In this document: positions 45,371-61,055 of the stretch, piece after piece | Numbering within the stretch: the first letter of the stretch is position 1 | Layout of the letters: each line of letters opens with the position of its first letter | NCBI GenBank assembly: GCA_964016885.1 | Contig: OZ024740.1 | Coordinates: 258,354,001-258,418,000 of the forward strand | Direction: 5' to 3' | DNA: 64,000 bases | Source of the DNA: Eledone cirrhosa | Taxonomy: Eukaryota | Translations under genes and position numbers: made by a program | The notes under the pieces: model-generated | Seen by the model: only the letters and a program-made list of their open reading frames with translations | Told to the model about the DNA's origin: nothing | The model's database searches: none

Positions 45371-46379
45371 ATATAAAGCAAATATTAGAAAGGAAAAATA
45401 TATTTTCTGTAGACAATGCTGAAGAGATATTTTTGTGAAATTTCAAAACATTAATTTATTTACAATACCTTTTCATCATTAAATGCATTTTCAATTGCGG
45501 ATATGCAGAATATTGTTAAGTTGCATATTTGTACAAATAGTGAAAATAATGATAACAACAAAAAAAAAAGGAAAGAAAAAGAAATATTGAGAGGGGAAGT
45601 AAAGTTAATTTTCATATACGTGGTCCTTCAGAGAAGAAAGTCATTTTGTCAGTCCATCCTACTCTTCTAATGGCTTTGTTGTGACTGCAGAGAGGAGGAG
45701 AGAGAGAGGAGAAGAAGAAGAAGAAGAAGAAGAAGAAGAAGAAGAAGAAGAAGAAGAAGAAGAAGAAGAAGAAGAAGAAGAAGAAGAAGAAGAAGAAGAA
45801 GAAGAAGAAGGGGGTTGTGGCTGCGGACTGCTATGTGGGACCCTTTGAATAGTGGATACAAGGTTTGGCTGGGGTTGGTTTGAAAGGCTGGGTGACCTTA
45901 GAGTTGACCGTTGGGAGGGGAGGGGGTGCTTCTAAAAATATCTATCTTGGTAATTTTTCTTAGAAGAAATCAATATTGACCTTGTTTTTTTGCCACAAAG
46001 AAGATTCAGAGTTATTGAAATATTAATTCCATCCCTAGCAGGAATTTTAGATTTAGGGGGATGGAGAAAATTTTGCTACAAAGAGAGATTCAGAGCCACT
46101 GTAATACCCATTCTATCTTCAGCAGAAACTTCCAGATTCAGGGGAATGTAAAGCATTTAGTTTGGCACCTGAATTCTTCCATTTATCCGATTATCTTCGT
46201 GGAGGTCCTCCAGGACTTGCTGATGTGGGTGTTACTATGTGGTTGCTTGGTCTGCATTATATAGTTGTCAGAGGTTGATAGAATCTTGGAGAAGGATACA
46301 TTGCTAAAGGGTTAACATGCCTAGGATGTTGATTTTAAAGTGTGCCAGCTTTGGTTGATCCGAATTGGAAGCATTTAGA

Positions 46380-49230
46380 AGGGGTTCGTATTTGGCGATA
46401 AATTGTGATTCCTTGCTAATACGTTGGATGTAGGAAGCGTTGTCTTTGAAATTGTAGATCGGAAAAATTCTAGAATTGGGTTGTTCATTGGATGCGCAGG
46501 TCGCGATGTGTTCACTTAGTGCTATCTTTCTGTATTACCGTATTTTGATTTGGAATCTATGGACGGTCATATGTTGGCGGAGGCTGTTTTTGCTCAGTCC
46601 TATGTAGTGGTCTCGACGGCCTGAGCAGGTCAACACATAGATCAGATTTTCTGATGCACATGTGAAATTGCACTTAACTGTAAAGTGTTGTCCTTGTTTG
46701 AAGTGGAACTCCGATCCCTCTATTAGATTGGTACATATACCACAGTTGGATCTTCCTCATTTTTAAACTGTAGGGTTCATTGTGGGGGTCGGCTGGACTT
46801 TGGCCTGTGTAAGGATGTTTTTTATTGATTTTGATTGACTTTTGCTCTTTATGATATTGTGTGTTTGGATAATTTGGTTTATTCTTAGGTCTATTTTTAG
46901 TAAATGTATGTTCTGGAGGATGGTGTCGAATGCCTCATTGTTAAGGGTTGTGTGTGGCGATGTATGGTAGAGTTTTCAGTTTTGATTCATTCCTTGGTTT
47001 GGGGTGTCTAAGTTCCTGGATGTTGAGTTTTAGGCACGTTGGAATCCATTGTTGATTAGGGGGATGAGTAATTTCTGCTAATATGTGTGTTCTTTAATTC
47101 TTCTAGTCGTGTGTAGCATGTGTATTTATCAGATACTTTTGTGCAGATTTTTTTGGCCAGGTTGTAGGGAATGCTCATTTGATGTGTCTAGGGTGGCATG
47201 AGTTGAATGGAAGATACTGTTTGGAGTTTGTGGGTTTATGTATATGTCTGTTTCTATTTTGTTGTTAGTTTTCTTGATAAGGATGTCGAGGAAAGGAAGT
47301 TGTTCGTGGCTGTATTCCATTGTAAATTGAATGTTTGTGTTGAGTCCATTTAGAAGTGTTTAAAATTCAAAAAAGTTTTTTTATGCTTTCATGTTTTTTT
47401 CTATGTGGAGGTAGAAGGGGTTTCCGTATTTATCTAGTACTTTTCGGTAGAGGGTGATTTCCAAGTTTCTCATAACGAGGTTGGCGTAAGAGGGGCCGTT
47501 TTCGTGCCCATGGCAGTCCCGGATTTCTATCTGTATAATTTGGCATCGAATTCGAAGTAGTTATTCTACAAGATAAATTTGAGCCCTTCTATTACGAATT
47601 CTTTTATGATGCGGTGTGGTAGTTCATTGGGGTAATGTTCTAACCAGAATTGGATTGCCTCTATTCATAGGTTGTGTGGGATATTGGAATAAAGGTTGAC
47701 TACATCAAAAGACATTAGTAGTTCATTATTAAGTGTTTTGGGGAGGTGGTTGAGAATATGGAGGTCGTCCCTTATGTAGCTTTTAATGTGTTTCAGGAAT
47801 GGTTTTAACAAGATATCTAAGAAGTTGCTGAGGTGGTGGGTTTCACAAGCGGGACCTGCTATTTTAGGTCTTAATTGAGGTCGTTGGGTGAGGGGACATT
47901 GATGAATATGTCTGTAGCTTCCTGCATGCCTTATTGTTGCTTTTGTGTATCTTAGGGATACCGCAAAAATGGCTGAGTTTGCTTTTGAAGTCAGTGATAT
48001 ATTTGTATTCCTTGTCGGTAAGTCCTTCTCTGTAAAGGGTTGTTAGAGTGTTTAGGTTTCTCATTATTTTCTGTTGGCTGTTATGTTGAGCCTTTTCGTA
48101 GTATGTTTCGTCTTCTAAAGATGAGAGTACTAGGGTTATATAATATTTTGTCTCCATAAGGACTACCGCACTCCCTTTATCCGCCTCTTTGATTGTTATA
48201 ATTTTGTCATTCTTTAATCTGTTCAGCTCATTCCATTCGTTCTTATTGAGGTTTGGCTTGTGTTTATGAATGTGTAGGTGTTGATATGGGTAATTTGTAA
48301 TGTGTTCGCAGAATTGGTCAAAGAATTGTTCTTAACTTTTGCTGGGGTGTGGTTGTTTCTATTTCTAGCTAGTGAGTCGTCCTCATTGTACTTGTGTAGT
48401 TCTTCGCTAAATCTTCGTTTTCTACAGAATTCCTTAATATCTTCCTTCTTCATTTCGGGGTAGTTTGGGTGTTGGGGGAGGGGGGGGGGGTCTTTGTAAA
48501 TGTCAGCCCTTTGGAGAGTATGTTGATTTGGTCTATTGTTAGTTCTTTAGTGGTTAAATTTATGATTTTTATTACTTTTGGTTTCACCTGTATGGCTTGT
48601 GGCATCTCGTTTCCCTGTGTCTGTGTACTGGGTCTAAAAAATGATTAAGGTAGTTGTGATGGCTGTTGATGTTGGGTTATCTCCTGTGGTTGTATTGTTC
48701 CCTGCTGTTGTTATTGAAGGTTCGGGTTCGTGGATGTGGGTTGATTAGGGCGTCCCTATATTTAGTGTGTGGTTTTGTGTCCCTATATATCATGTGTGGT
48801 AGTTGTGTTTTAGGGGCCCTTCGTTGCTAAATATTTCAAATGGTTTGGGTTTGTTGTGTGTGGTGGTTGGGGGGGGGGTTGTAAGAATAGGGGCTTCCTT
48901 GGTATCTCCTAGTGGGAGAGGGGCTGTAATGTCCATCCTGCAGGTGATGTTTTCTTATTTCTTTGTGTGTTGCAGGGGTGTCCGCTTAGTTGCTGTGCGG
49001 ATGGGTTAAGAGGTAAGGGTAAGGTGTTGCCTTCTTTTTTTTTTTGGGGGGGGGGGGGGGGGGGTATTTTTTGTTGGTTGTTGAACAGTGTTTGATTGAT
49101 GTTTATGTATTCTTGTTTTTATGAAGGGGTTGTGGGAAGCGTATTCTGTTTGAAAGGTTGTTCCATAGTTTAGGAACCAAGTTTCGCTTTTTTCCCAGCG
49201 TTGGAGAGATTTCAGTTCCTCCTTGTTGCA
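46380..49230 (-). mobile_element. Degenerate Neptune-like PLE related to the 17546-19420 copy, retaining more of the 5' region
   Basis: ORF fragments MEYSHEQLPFLDILIKKTNNKIETDIY, METKYYITLVLSSLE..FCGIPKIHKS and KEDIKEFCRK. Reverse complement is colinear with 17550-19400. Heavily frameshifted. Confidence 0.9.
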
Positions 49231-50128
49231 ATCTTCTATCCATAGTTTATATATATATATACAAGGAGGATCTGTTAAACCTTCATTACGTTACACTCCC
49301 GGGGCATATATATATATATATATATAAAGAGAGAGAGAGTGGGGGAAGAATGAGGAGATAGAGGGGGTGAGGGAGACTGACAGAAAACGAGAGAGATAAC
49401 GCAGTTCTATTAATTCATCTTTCATTGCTTGTCCATTGTCTGTTTGCTTATTGCTTCTTACATTTTTTTTTTTTTTTTGCAAATAACTAACGAAAACAAT
49501 TCTCGAAAAACAGGGGTGGAGGAAGTGTGATGGGAGGTGTGACCCCCCCCCCCCCCCCCAGTTATATTTTTCTCCCCAAAGTACCGAAACAAACATCTAT
49601 TTGTATATGCGCTACAATTTATGTGCGTGTTATGTTTATGGCATATCGAAGTTTTTTATATCTTGGTTGATATATGCTAATAATAGTGTAATATATTATG
49701 TTAACATTCATAGTAAATTTTTTTGTCCAGTCATAACTTTTTCTGCACATATTTGCCAGTTGCTAATATGTGTGTTCAGAGACAGATTTCATAGGTAACT
49801 TTGCTATAATCACTTTATAATCATTGAAAGCTGTAAATGTAATATTACCTGCTCAAATTGCGTTTTCTGACCAATTTAAAGTGCAAAGTACTAAATTAGT
49901 CATACAACTAAATTGACCAAATTTGCGCGCACACACGCACACACACACACACACAAACAGATGCACCCATTCAGTAATGCTTCCACCGCCCCTGAAAAAG
50001 AAGCGCTTCTCCTTTTTCTCTTCCTGTTTCTCTCCTCTAGTTCAATAGAATACTGTCATCACCAGTGATGACAGGATGGTTTTGCTGGGGTTTCAGTGGT
50101 GTTCATGAGGAAAGTGTAATTTAATATA

Positions 50129-50313
50129 ATTATTTCTACATTTGGCACAAGGCCAGCAATTACCCAGTACATTATTGGTACTTTATTTTATCGACTCCGT
50201 ATGGATGGAAGGCAAAGTTAACCTCGGCGGGATTTGAACTCAGATTGTAAAGAAAGGAACGCAACTATGCTGGAAAGCATGTCCGACCCTCTACCGATAC
50301 TGCCAATTCACCG
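50129..50313 (-). mobile_element. tRNA-derived SINE
   Basis: Same family, with B-box reverse complement GGATTTGAAC. Confidence 0.87.
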
Positions 50314-50679
50314 GGTCGATGATTAGTGTTTTGGTAGTGATTTTGGTGGTTGTATGCTGCTGGTGGGGATGGTTTGGGTGGTTATAATTGTATTGGTGTT
50401 GTTGGTTTGTGGTCCTGTAGGTTTTAGCATTGGAGAGTTTAGTGGCTGTGGTAGTTTTCCTTATAATAATAATGGTAGTATTGGTACTTCTTGTGGTATC
50501 AGTTTTACAGGTTGGGCTTTAAAAGTGATAGTTGTTTTGGTGTAGGTAGTAATAATTTCGGTGATGGTGGTGATGATGGTAGAGGTGACTTCGTTGCATG
50601 TAATGACAGTGTATGTGATTGTGTTGGTGTGGTGATGATGTATGTGGTAATTGGTTGTGCCGCTTTATAGAGTGGTGTT

Positions 50680-50748
<69 letters not shown>

Positions 50749-51129
50749 CTGTATGTATGTATATATATATATATATATATATATCAGATGCGTGTGTCTG
50801 TGTGTCTGTGTGTATGTTTAAGTTCTCTCAGTTAATTCCCAAGTTATCATTCGTATCACAGAAAAGATTATAATATTTTGAAGTGATTTCTGAGATATAT
50901 TCCAGAACTAACATAGTACCCGTAAAATGATGGTTGTTATAGTAAAATTATTTCATATATTAATTCCTTCATTACAACAATCTATGTTAAGCTGCTCGAA
51001 ACTTTAGGCTCACCTGCACCTTCTCCCTCTTGTCATTTCGATTATCGCCATATTTCATTTAACATTCATTTAAATAATTCATAATAATTTTCTTGCATAT
51101 TATCATACAACATTATTAAACACATATCT

Positions 51130-51950
51130 CGCCTTTCATCCTTACGGAGTCGATAAAATAAAGTACCAGTAATGTACTGTTGAATTGCTGGCCTTGTGCG
51201 AAAAGTAGAAATAATTATTAAACACATATCCATTCAATTGCAATAACTCTGTTCTACCCATTGATTTTTTTTAATGTCATTGATCACTCTACAAAACAAT
51301 ACACGCAATATATTCGTTACTTCATATTATATATCGGTGAATTGGCAGTATGGGTAGAGTATCAAACACCATGCTTTCCAGCATAGTTACGTCCCTTTAC
51401 GGTCTGAGTTCAAATCCTGCCGAGGTTAACTTTGCCTTTCATCCTTACGGGGTCGATAAAATAAAGTACCAGTAATGTACTGGGTAATTGCTGGCCTTGT
51501 GCCAAACGTAGAAAGAATTATTTAACATAGGGGCGGTGGATTGGCAGTATCGGTAGAAGGTCGGACGCCATGCTTTCCAGCATATTACGTCCCTTTACGG
51601 TTTGAGTTCAAATCCCGTCGAGGTTAACTTTGCCTTTCATCCTTAGGGTTCGATAAAATAAAGTACCAGTAATATATTGGGTGATCGCTGACCTTGTGCC
51701 AGAAGTAGAAACAATTATTTAATATAAGTAATGAGTTCTTCGGGACTAGACCGTTTCATTCATATGAAGTCATCAGGAATGAAATAGTTCTAGTCCTGTA
51801 GAAGTCATTTCTAGATTTAATAATGGTTTCTTATATAATTGTTTCTACTTTTTGGCACAAGGCCAGCAATTATCCCAGTACATTACTGGTACTTTATTTT
51901 ATCGACCCCGTAAGGATGAACGGCAAAGTTAACCTCGGCGGGAATTGAAC
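51130..51950. mobile_element. Cluster of four SINE copies (51130-51215 +, 51335-51518 +, 51530-51716 +, 51837-51950 -)
   Basis: Core motif present four times. The middle two copies are full-length and head-to-tail. Confidence 0.88.
51743..51776 (-). ncRNA. Hammerhead core (family G) inside the small palindrome 51730-51809
   Basis: Minus strand reads CTGATGA-CTTCATATGAAT-GAAA-CGG-TC-TAGTCC. The 5' strand of stem I is replaced by fold-back sequence. Confidence 0.55.
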
Positions 51951-52089
51951 GGGAAATGGTTTCTTATATAATGATACTTACACATTACTGATGTATTGTG
52001 TACGTTTTTCAACTGACCCCCCCCCCCTGCCTCAATATGCCGATATTACTCGGGATCTATCGATATACATATATCTATATCTATATATG

Positions 52090-52398
<309 letters not shown>

Positions 52399-52419
52399 TA
52401 TATATATATATATATATAT

Positions 52420-52742
<323 letters not shown>

Positions 52743-52849
52743 TGTGTGTGAATGTGTGTGGGGGGGCGTTTTTGTGTGTGCATGTGCATGCTGTGTTTGT
52801 TGATGTTGTTGTTACAGATAATTTTGATTGGCTGATGATAGCGTTGTTG

Positions 52850-53875
52850 ATAATGATATTGGTGGTGGTGTGTTTGGTTGGGGAATGTGGTCGTGCAGAG
52901 ATGAGGACGTCGACGAAGAGGAGGAGGGGGGAGGAGGAGGGGGTGATGTTCGTGGACGTCATGGTGATGGTAGAGGTGGTGGGGATATTAGAGGTATATG
53001 AAAAATTAAACAGTGATGGTAATGGTGGTTGTGATGCTGATAACAGTTGTAGTGGTGATGGTGGTCGTGTCGGTAGAATAGTGATAGTCTATTGATAATA
53101 GAGGTGGTTGTGACGGTGGTATGGGGGTGATAATGGCGGGGTTGTTAGTGGTTCTAATGGTGATTAGGAGGGAAAATCTTTAAATAGCATGGTGGCAATG
53201 GTGGTTGTGATGGTAGTTATGATGGGAGTAGCAGTGGGTTGACAGTGGTTGTGGTTTTGTAAGTGTTTATAGTGATACTGATTGTGATAATGATTAGAAA
53301 GGCAAGCATTTTAATAGCCAAATGGTAATGGTGATGGTAGTGGCAGCGTTGATGATGGTAATTGTAGTGGTAATGATGGTAATTGTAGTGGTAATGATGG
53401 TAGTCTTAATTGTGATGATGTTAGAGATAGTAGAGGTTGGTGTAGTTCTATTGGTATGATAATAGTGGTAGTAATTTTAGTGGTTGTAGTATGATAGTAG
53501 TGGTAGTTGTAGTGGTAGTAGTAGTTTTAGTGGTTGTTGCAGTGCTAGTTATGGTCGTGATGGTGATAAAGAAGGCAAATCATTTAATAGCAAGGTGGTT
53601 GTGATGATAGAGATGATGATGCTACTGATGATAGTGATGCTAATGATAGAGGTGATGATGGTAGTGGTACTGCTGTTGGCCATGTTGGTGGAGATGGTAG
53701 TGTGGAGGACAGAGTCTTTTAATAGTAAGATGGTAATGGCGATGGTGGTGGTGATGATGCTGGTATTAGTTGTGGCGAAGCTTATAGTGCTAGTGATGAT
53801 GATGGTGTTAGTAGTGGTAGTACTGTTGGCCATGGTGCTGGTGATGGTGAAGAGGAAGGCAAAGCCTTTTAGTAG
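52850..53875 (+). repeat. G/T-rich triplet-like low-complexity tract with a cryptic higher-order repeat
   Basis: (GGT/GAT/AGT)n background with the motif G.AGGCAA...TTTAATAGC recurring near 53165, 53295, 53568, 53705 and 53850. Confidence 0.75.
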
Positions 53876-55004
53876 CAATCAAGTTGGTTGTTTAGAGAGC
53901 CGTCATTACACGTCATTAGACGTCATCTGACTATGTGATCAAGATTGTTCACTAAGATTCCAAGGGACCGTTTGTCTACGACAACTGGCTGTTTAACCGA
54001 TAATCTCTTTCATCGATCTTTCCATTAGATTTCACCTTGCCTCTCACAAATCTTTAATCTTGCTGCTATTCTTGTTATTCTCTTTCACCTCGACACACTC
54101 ACACACAAACCCACACATACACACACATACACACATATACACGTACTCGTACACACTCACAAAGACATTCACATTCACTCGTACATACACACACAAACAC
54201 TCACATATATGCACGTACACTTACGCACACATACACACACTCATACACGTGCACATCCTCACTCACACACTCACACACACACACACACATACACATACAC
54301 ATACACTCGCACACCCGCACACTCACACACTTATAGACACTCTCTCATGCATACTCCCTCCCTCTCTCTCTCTCTCTCCCAAACACACACAAATACAAAT
54401 ATAACCTCCCACCCCCATAGAGACACACTCACATATGCCCTCTTCTTCTTCTTCTTCTTCTTCTTCTTCTTCTTCTTCTTCTTCTTCTTCTTCTTCGTTC
54501 AGATCTCAGTGATATCAGGATGTGTGACTCTGTGTGGTTGTGTATGTGCTTGTGTATGTATATATATGTGTGTGTGTGTATGTACATATGTGACAGAGTG
54601 GCTGTATATATACATGTGTATGCGACAGCGTGTATATGTGAGTGCAACTGTAAGTGTATAGATAAACGCATGTATATATATGGGGTGTGTGCGCAAATGT
54701 CTAATGGTGAATGTATGAATGTGTATTTCACTGTCTAACAGTTTAAGTGTATATGCGCATGCATGAAACTGTGTGAGTATTTGTGTATGAATTTGGTTGA
54801 CAGTGAATTTATATGTAATAGCACAGGTGTATGTAAGTAACTACGTGTATGCATATGTGTGTTCGTATGTGTATTATTGAAGTGTATCGTGGATACGCGG
54901 GATGCATATATGTGTGTGTTTATGTATGAATATAAGGTTGTGTAGGGGCACATATATATATACACACACACATATATATATATATATATAAATATATATA
55001 TATA

Positions 55005-55062
<58 letters not shown>

Positions 55063-55268
55063 TATGCGTGTGTGTGTGTATGCATATACTTGAGTGGCGT
55101 GCGTATAACCAAAATACACACAAGGAATAATTATATCTCATATAATACAATATAAAGGTGTAAATAACAGTTCTTACACAATGATAAACCAATGCAGGCA
55201 TATATATGTACACGTAAAATTGTCTAAATATATATGTGTGTGTATGTATGTGTATGTGTGCGTGTGCG

Positions 55269-55348
<80 letters not shown>

Positions 55349-55394
55349 TATATTTACACACACATATATACATACATATATGTACATATACATT

Positions 55395-55470
<76 letters not shown>

Positions 55471-58159
55471 CATATACAGTATACACACACATGCATTAAA
55501 CACAAAACCTCACCCACACACATACCTCACCCTCATCCACACACACACACACACACACACATATTACACAAGTACATATATAACACTGTATTTGGCTGCT
55601 AATAATCACCAGCTCGTTACAATTTATAATCAGTTCGATCTGAGATTGTAGAAATATATTGGGGTGCCGAACCTCCCCAATCTCCACCTACATGCCCCTC
55701 TTTCTCTTTCCCTCACTCTCTCTCTCTCTCCCTCTCTCTCTCCCATTCTTCACAGATCCATGTCAACTGTACACAAGATTAAATTATTTTGAAACACACG
55801 GAAACTTGACGGGAAGTAGATGGTGATAGTCGTGGTGGTGGTGATGGTGGTGGTGGTGATGGTGATGGCCATGTTGATGGTAATTGTGATGGGGGTGGCG
55901 TTGGTGGTGATGAAAAAAACAACAAAATAACTTTCTGTTTTTAAAATGTTAGATTCTAGATAATACTTGCCGTATTCGTAGTCAATCTTGTCGTTTGTTT
56001 TATTTTTGCTGTTGTTGTTGTTGTTGTAACTGTTGCTAATTTTGTTGGTTGGTATTGTCGATGTTCAGAAAAGCGATTGAAATGCAAAGTTTTATTTTTG
56101 TTGTTGTTGATGATGTTGATGATGATGATGACTATAGCGATAACGACGACGACGAAAATATTGACAGCCATGATGATTAAGAGTATGGTGATGACGGTGA
56201 TGATAGTTGTAACTTCAATGATGATGGTCACGACGATGATGATGATGATGATGATGATAACGATGCTGATGATGATGACGACGATGATGGTGAGGGTGCA
56301 GGTGAGGGTGAGGAGGAGAAGGAAGAGGAGGATTATGATATGAAGACAATGAGAACGATGGCCATAATGATGATGAAGACGATGACAATGATAATGATTA
56401 TATATAGTCCAGTCAACTGAAATTACTAGTCGCCATGTTTACCATTAAATGTCGACTTCGGGTTTGTTGTACAGGCTGTTTCCAAAAAATAGCTATCAAT
56501 TTAGATGTAAATATCCCAGAAACAACAAAGTCTAGGACCACGAGACTGAGCAGGCATAATGTTAAGCATCATAAGATTTATTTCTCAAAATTTGTTAACA
56601 TTATGACGCAATTCACAATATATATTTTAATAAGAAAACTTTGGAACAGGACATTCGTATCAATGTTTTAGAAACAACCTATATGCTGGAGAAACTAGCT
56701 GAAGAATAGGATTTCAGACAATCATTGGATATCCGTCATAACACGATGAGATCACTTTGACTAGATATTCTTCACCTTAATTCTCCAGGCCATCTCTATT
56801 TGATTTTATTTGCTCTGCTGTGTTCTTTTAACCAACTAAAAAATCTAACACCATGTACCCCAGCTAGTATCGTAAACAACAAATAATCTTCTTTCTGGCC
56901 AAAGCTCCGGCAACTGGAATTAACAATCGCCTAGTTTTCCTTTATTAGTACTGCCTTCCCTTCTAAACTGTACAGTCATAAAGGCCCTCTTGTGCACTTC
57001 ACTAACCCCTCGGTCAAAACATACACACTCACTACGTATGTATTACACATACTACTGAACCTAATTGCCACCACATTCACCCATATAATATTACAAAAAC
57101 CTAATATACAAATGCACATCCTACAGTCTATGGAACAGAAGGACGCAACATTCTAAAATTAAAATCAATTTAATTTGATGTAAATATTTTTCCAGGGTCG
57201 ACATTATCTATGAAGATCTTTTAACAGATTTTGGTTCATAAATCGATACCAGAAATCTACTGGGCCATATCTAATCAATAACATTGTACTCGGGGATTTA
57301 TGCTTGGTAATAAGTTAATATTCGCTGTTCTTGTGACTATCATCGGCGGCGGCAGTGTTGTTGTTGGTGGTGGTTTTGTTGTTGGTTGTAGTGTTACTGG
57401 TATTGGTGGTGTTGGTGGTGTTGGTGCTGGTGGCGGTGGTGGTAATGGTGGTGGTTGTGGTAGTGGTGACGGTGGTGGTTAGTGATGGTGGTGGCAGTGG
57501 TTGCGTTATTAGTGGTTGTAGTATTTGTGATGGTGTTGGTGGGGTGGTGATGGCAGAGGCGTAATGTGAGAGATGGGGTGGAGCTAGGTGTATACAATGT
57601 AATATGTATATATGTTTATACTTAACAGTATGTAGACACGTCATATTTCGAAGGTCTCATCACGACAAAAATGGAGCCATTACTTTTATTTATAAAGGTT
57701 TAACAGAGTAACACCTGTTTAAAATTCATTTTAAATTGAATCCCCCTTGGAAATTCAAATAGGCACAAAGAAATGTGATTGAACGTGTGAGTTTAGAGCG
57801 TGATGTGTAGGGATCATATTCTCAGTGTGTTACACCTAAGATATCAATGAATTCACTGAATGTAATATCGGAAAATTTATAATCAAAGAGGCTATCATTT
57901 TATTAATAACACACGAGAGTTATATACAGAATATAACATCCTGCGCATATCATTACCCTCCAGATCCAAGATCTGCACTTAGGATGTCATAACGCCACCA
58001 CCATCAAAATTTCTTTTTTTCTTTTTAAATATTATGAGATATTAAGTAAATGTGTAAACTATCGTTCTGTTTTGTTTTGTCACTCCTGTGATTCTAGGTT
58101 GCCCTTAAAAATTCCTAAACACACACATACTCATCACGCTCACATACAAACATACATGA

Positions 58160-58680
58160 TGGGTGCAAACTCTCCTAAGAGTATTGCAATCGCTTGTCAG
58201 ATTACAGAAAATGGTGCACTTTTAGGCTACGGTCAGCCACACGAACCTGTAACAAATCCGTAACAAGCAATGCCAGTGCTTTGAAGGTTTTTTAAGTGGG
58301 GAAAGGCCTTGCACTCGACCAATCCCACTCTCTGAGCATCGATAACACTAACCGAAAAGGAGAACTGTTCAACATCATCGGATGCTTCCGAAGCCACAGG
58401 TTATTTTTTTCAGAGTTTCCCTCCCTTAGAAAGTTGTTGTGAAAACAACTCGGAGCCTTTCATTCCCGCGTGGAAAAAAGTACTATTTGGATGGCCGTTA
58501 GCTCTGCCGAGTTCCTCCGCCCTTTACGGGTCTTGTATTTCATCCCGCAAGGTGTCCAAATATCACCCTCCTCACAAAGCAAGTTTGGTGGGTTGCTGGT
58601 TTAGTCGCCGACGATCCGACCATGAGACAGGTTGTACTGGGTTACATGTTACCAGTATCACTCGAGAGCGATCTGACTCA
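58160..58680 (+). mobile_element. 3' end or UTR of a retroposon ending in (CATA)n
   Basis: Flanked by CATA repeats. Its distal part is shared with 32218-32348. Hairpin TACTGG-gttacatgtta-CCAGTA near the end. Family not identified. Confidence 0.5.
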
Positions 58681-58749
58681 CATACATACATACATACATA
58701 CATAAATGCATGCATACATACATGTATACAAACATACAGACAAAACAAT

Positions 58750-60988
58750 ATGACATACATGGGTCAATACTGGAAACAGCTCTACAGAAAATGTCGAATA
58801 GGAAATCGCCAGGCCCAGACCTCGTTACAGGATACTGGTTGAAGAATTTCACTTCTATCGGCAAGATCTCATACGGCTGTTTACAGAAACCATTAAAGGC
58901 ACACAAGAACTGCCCAGATGGTTATCAACTTCCACTACTCTCCTCATTCCCCAAAATAGCCAAAACACCCTTGCTAAAAATTACCGCCAAATAGCGTGCC
59001 AAAACATCATGTATAAATTATATACTGGGTACCTTAACCTGTTCTTACAGGATCACTGTGCTACCAACAACATCATAACACCTGAGCAAGCTGGTGGAAA
59101 GAGGGAGGTGTGGGGTTGCATAGATCACCTACTAACTAATAAAATGATTCAGGAAAAAACAACAAAGAATCGCAGAAACATGACTGTGGTGTGGCTGGAC
59201 TATCAAAAAGCATTTGATAGTGTAAATCATGGGTGGATTATTAAGGCTTTACAGTTAGCCAAAGTCTCACAACCATTGGTACCTGCTGTTGAACGCCTGA
59301 CAAAGAACTGGTACACAAATTTGATCCTTAGAGGTGAGAAGGAGCAAGTTAAGACTGATAAGATATTACCAGAAGGGCATCTTTCAGGGTGATAGCTTGT
59401 CAGTGCTACTCTTCGTTCTCTCACTGAATCCACTATCTTACCTACTCAGGAAACAAGGTGGACAAAGAAGTGGGTCCAGATGTATCTCCCATCTTTTCTT
59501 TGTTGATGACCTGAAGTTGTATGGGCCAAATATTAATGACATCAAGAAACAATTGGACCTCATTACACAATTTTCAACCGACATCAAAATGAAATTTGGT
59601 GAGTCCAAGTGTGCATATTTGGCAGTAAAACGTGGAAGAGCTGTGCCCTCCTCTAGAAATCTAGAGATGAACGGCCTGACAATACAACCTCTACAGTCTG
59701 GTGACAACTACAGATATCTTGGAGAGGATGAGAATGTCAGATATGATGGACCCATAAATAAGGAGAGAACCAGAACTGAATACCTCAGAAGAATAAAGAA
59801 AATATGGTCATCAGAACTGTCAGCGTACAACAAATACATTGCCCACAGTACTTATGATGTGCCAATTCTAACGCCAACATTTGGCCTGCTGAACTGGTCA
59901 TTGCAAGAACTAAGTGAGATGGATGTTAGAACTCGCAAACTTCTCAGTGTTACTGGGAACTTTAACATCAATGGTGATGTGGATAGGCTATACTTCTCAC
60001 GCAAGGAAGGTGGTCGGGGTCTAAAATCCATATTAACAATATATGAGACCCGGATAGTAAAACTGAAGCAACACCTTCAACAGAGGAAAAAGGTTGGCAA
60101 CCATCTTGCCCAGGTTTATGAGCATGAACAAAAAAAATCATTAGAATAGAGACTGATCTGGAGGAGACATATGGATTAAAGCCTGATATAAATCTCTCAC
60201 CCAGATAAATCGGAAGATCCTATTCAATGTTCAAACAAGATTAAAAAATTGACCAATTTACAGAAAAGGTTGTGCATGGATACTTGAGACGTAAAACACA
60301 GACCATAGAGGGGATAAACCACTCAAAAAGCCTGGCATGGAGTTCCGACAAGTTTATGACATCACACCTTGAGGGATATCTCTATGCAATACAGGAATAA
60401 GAACTCCCTACCAAATATCTTCTGCACAAAAGAGGAGGGCCAGCAGTTGACAATAAATGTAGGCTATGTAAAACAAAGATCGAGGATGTAAGAATATATT
60501 GAGACAGATGACACTAAGGAATACTGGTGGAACCTGAAAATAAAAACTGCCACCAAATTAAAGCACAACCGGCCTGATATTGTTGTTTGGGACCACACAT
60601 TGAAAACGTGTTCTGTTGTGGAGATCAGCTGCTCACTTGATGTAAACGTTGTCAGAAAAATACAGGAGAAGGAGGACATCTACGGACCATTGATGAGGAG
60701 TTTACAAATCCAGTATCCAAGATACACATTTAGCTTCATACCCATCATTATTGGAGCTACGGGTTATATACCAACCCGCTTGGACCAAAGTATGACTGAA
60801 CTTGGATTTACGGACAAAAAGCGCAGCTCCCTAATTCATAGTCTACAAATGGCTGCGATAGCTGGCACCTTCAACATTTGCAAAACATTCTTGCGATTCA
60901 AAGGATGACAATTTCTTTTCTTTTACAACCTTGCCACCAGGAAGGTGGCCGGTCAAAAATAATATACTCGAAATTAAGAGAAAGAGAT
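58750..60988 (+). mobile_element. R4/Dong-like non-LTR retrotransposon (RT plus restriction-like endonuclease), 5'-truncated and decayed
   Basis: KSPGPDLVTGYWLK, WLDYQKAFDSVNH, GIFQGDSLS, HLFFVDDLKLY, RLYFSRKEGGRGL, HGY, CRLC and HNRPDIVVWD..VVEISC (PD-D/ExK-like). Flanked by (CATA)n. Confidence 0.9.
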
Positions 60989-61024
60989 AACATACATACA
61001 TACATACATACATACATACATACA

Positions 61025-61035
<11 letters not shown>

Positions 61036-61055
<20 letters not shown>

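Noticed and set aside
56469-56700. Tc1/mariner-like terminal repeat (TACAGGCTGTTTCCAAAAAA)
   Set aside because: I found no partner TIR or transposase.
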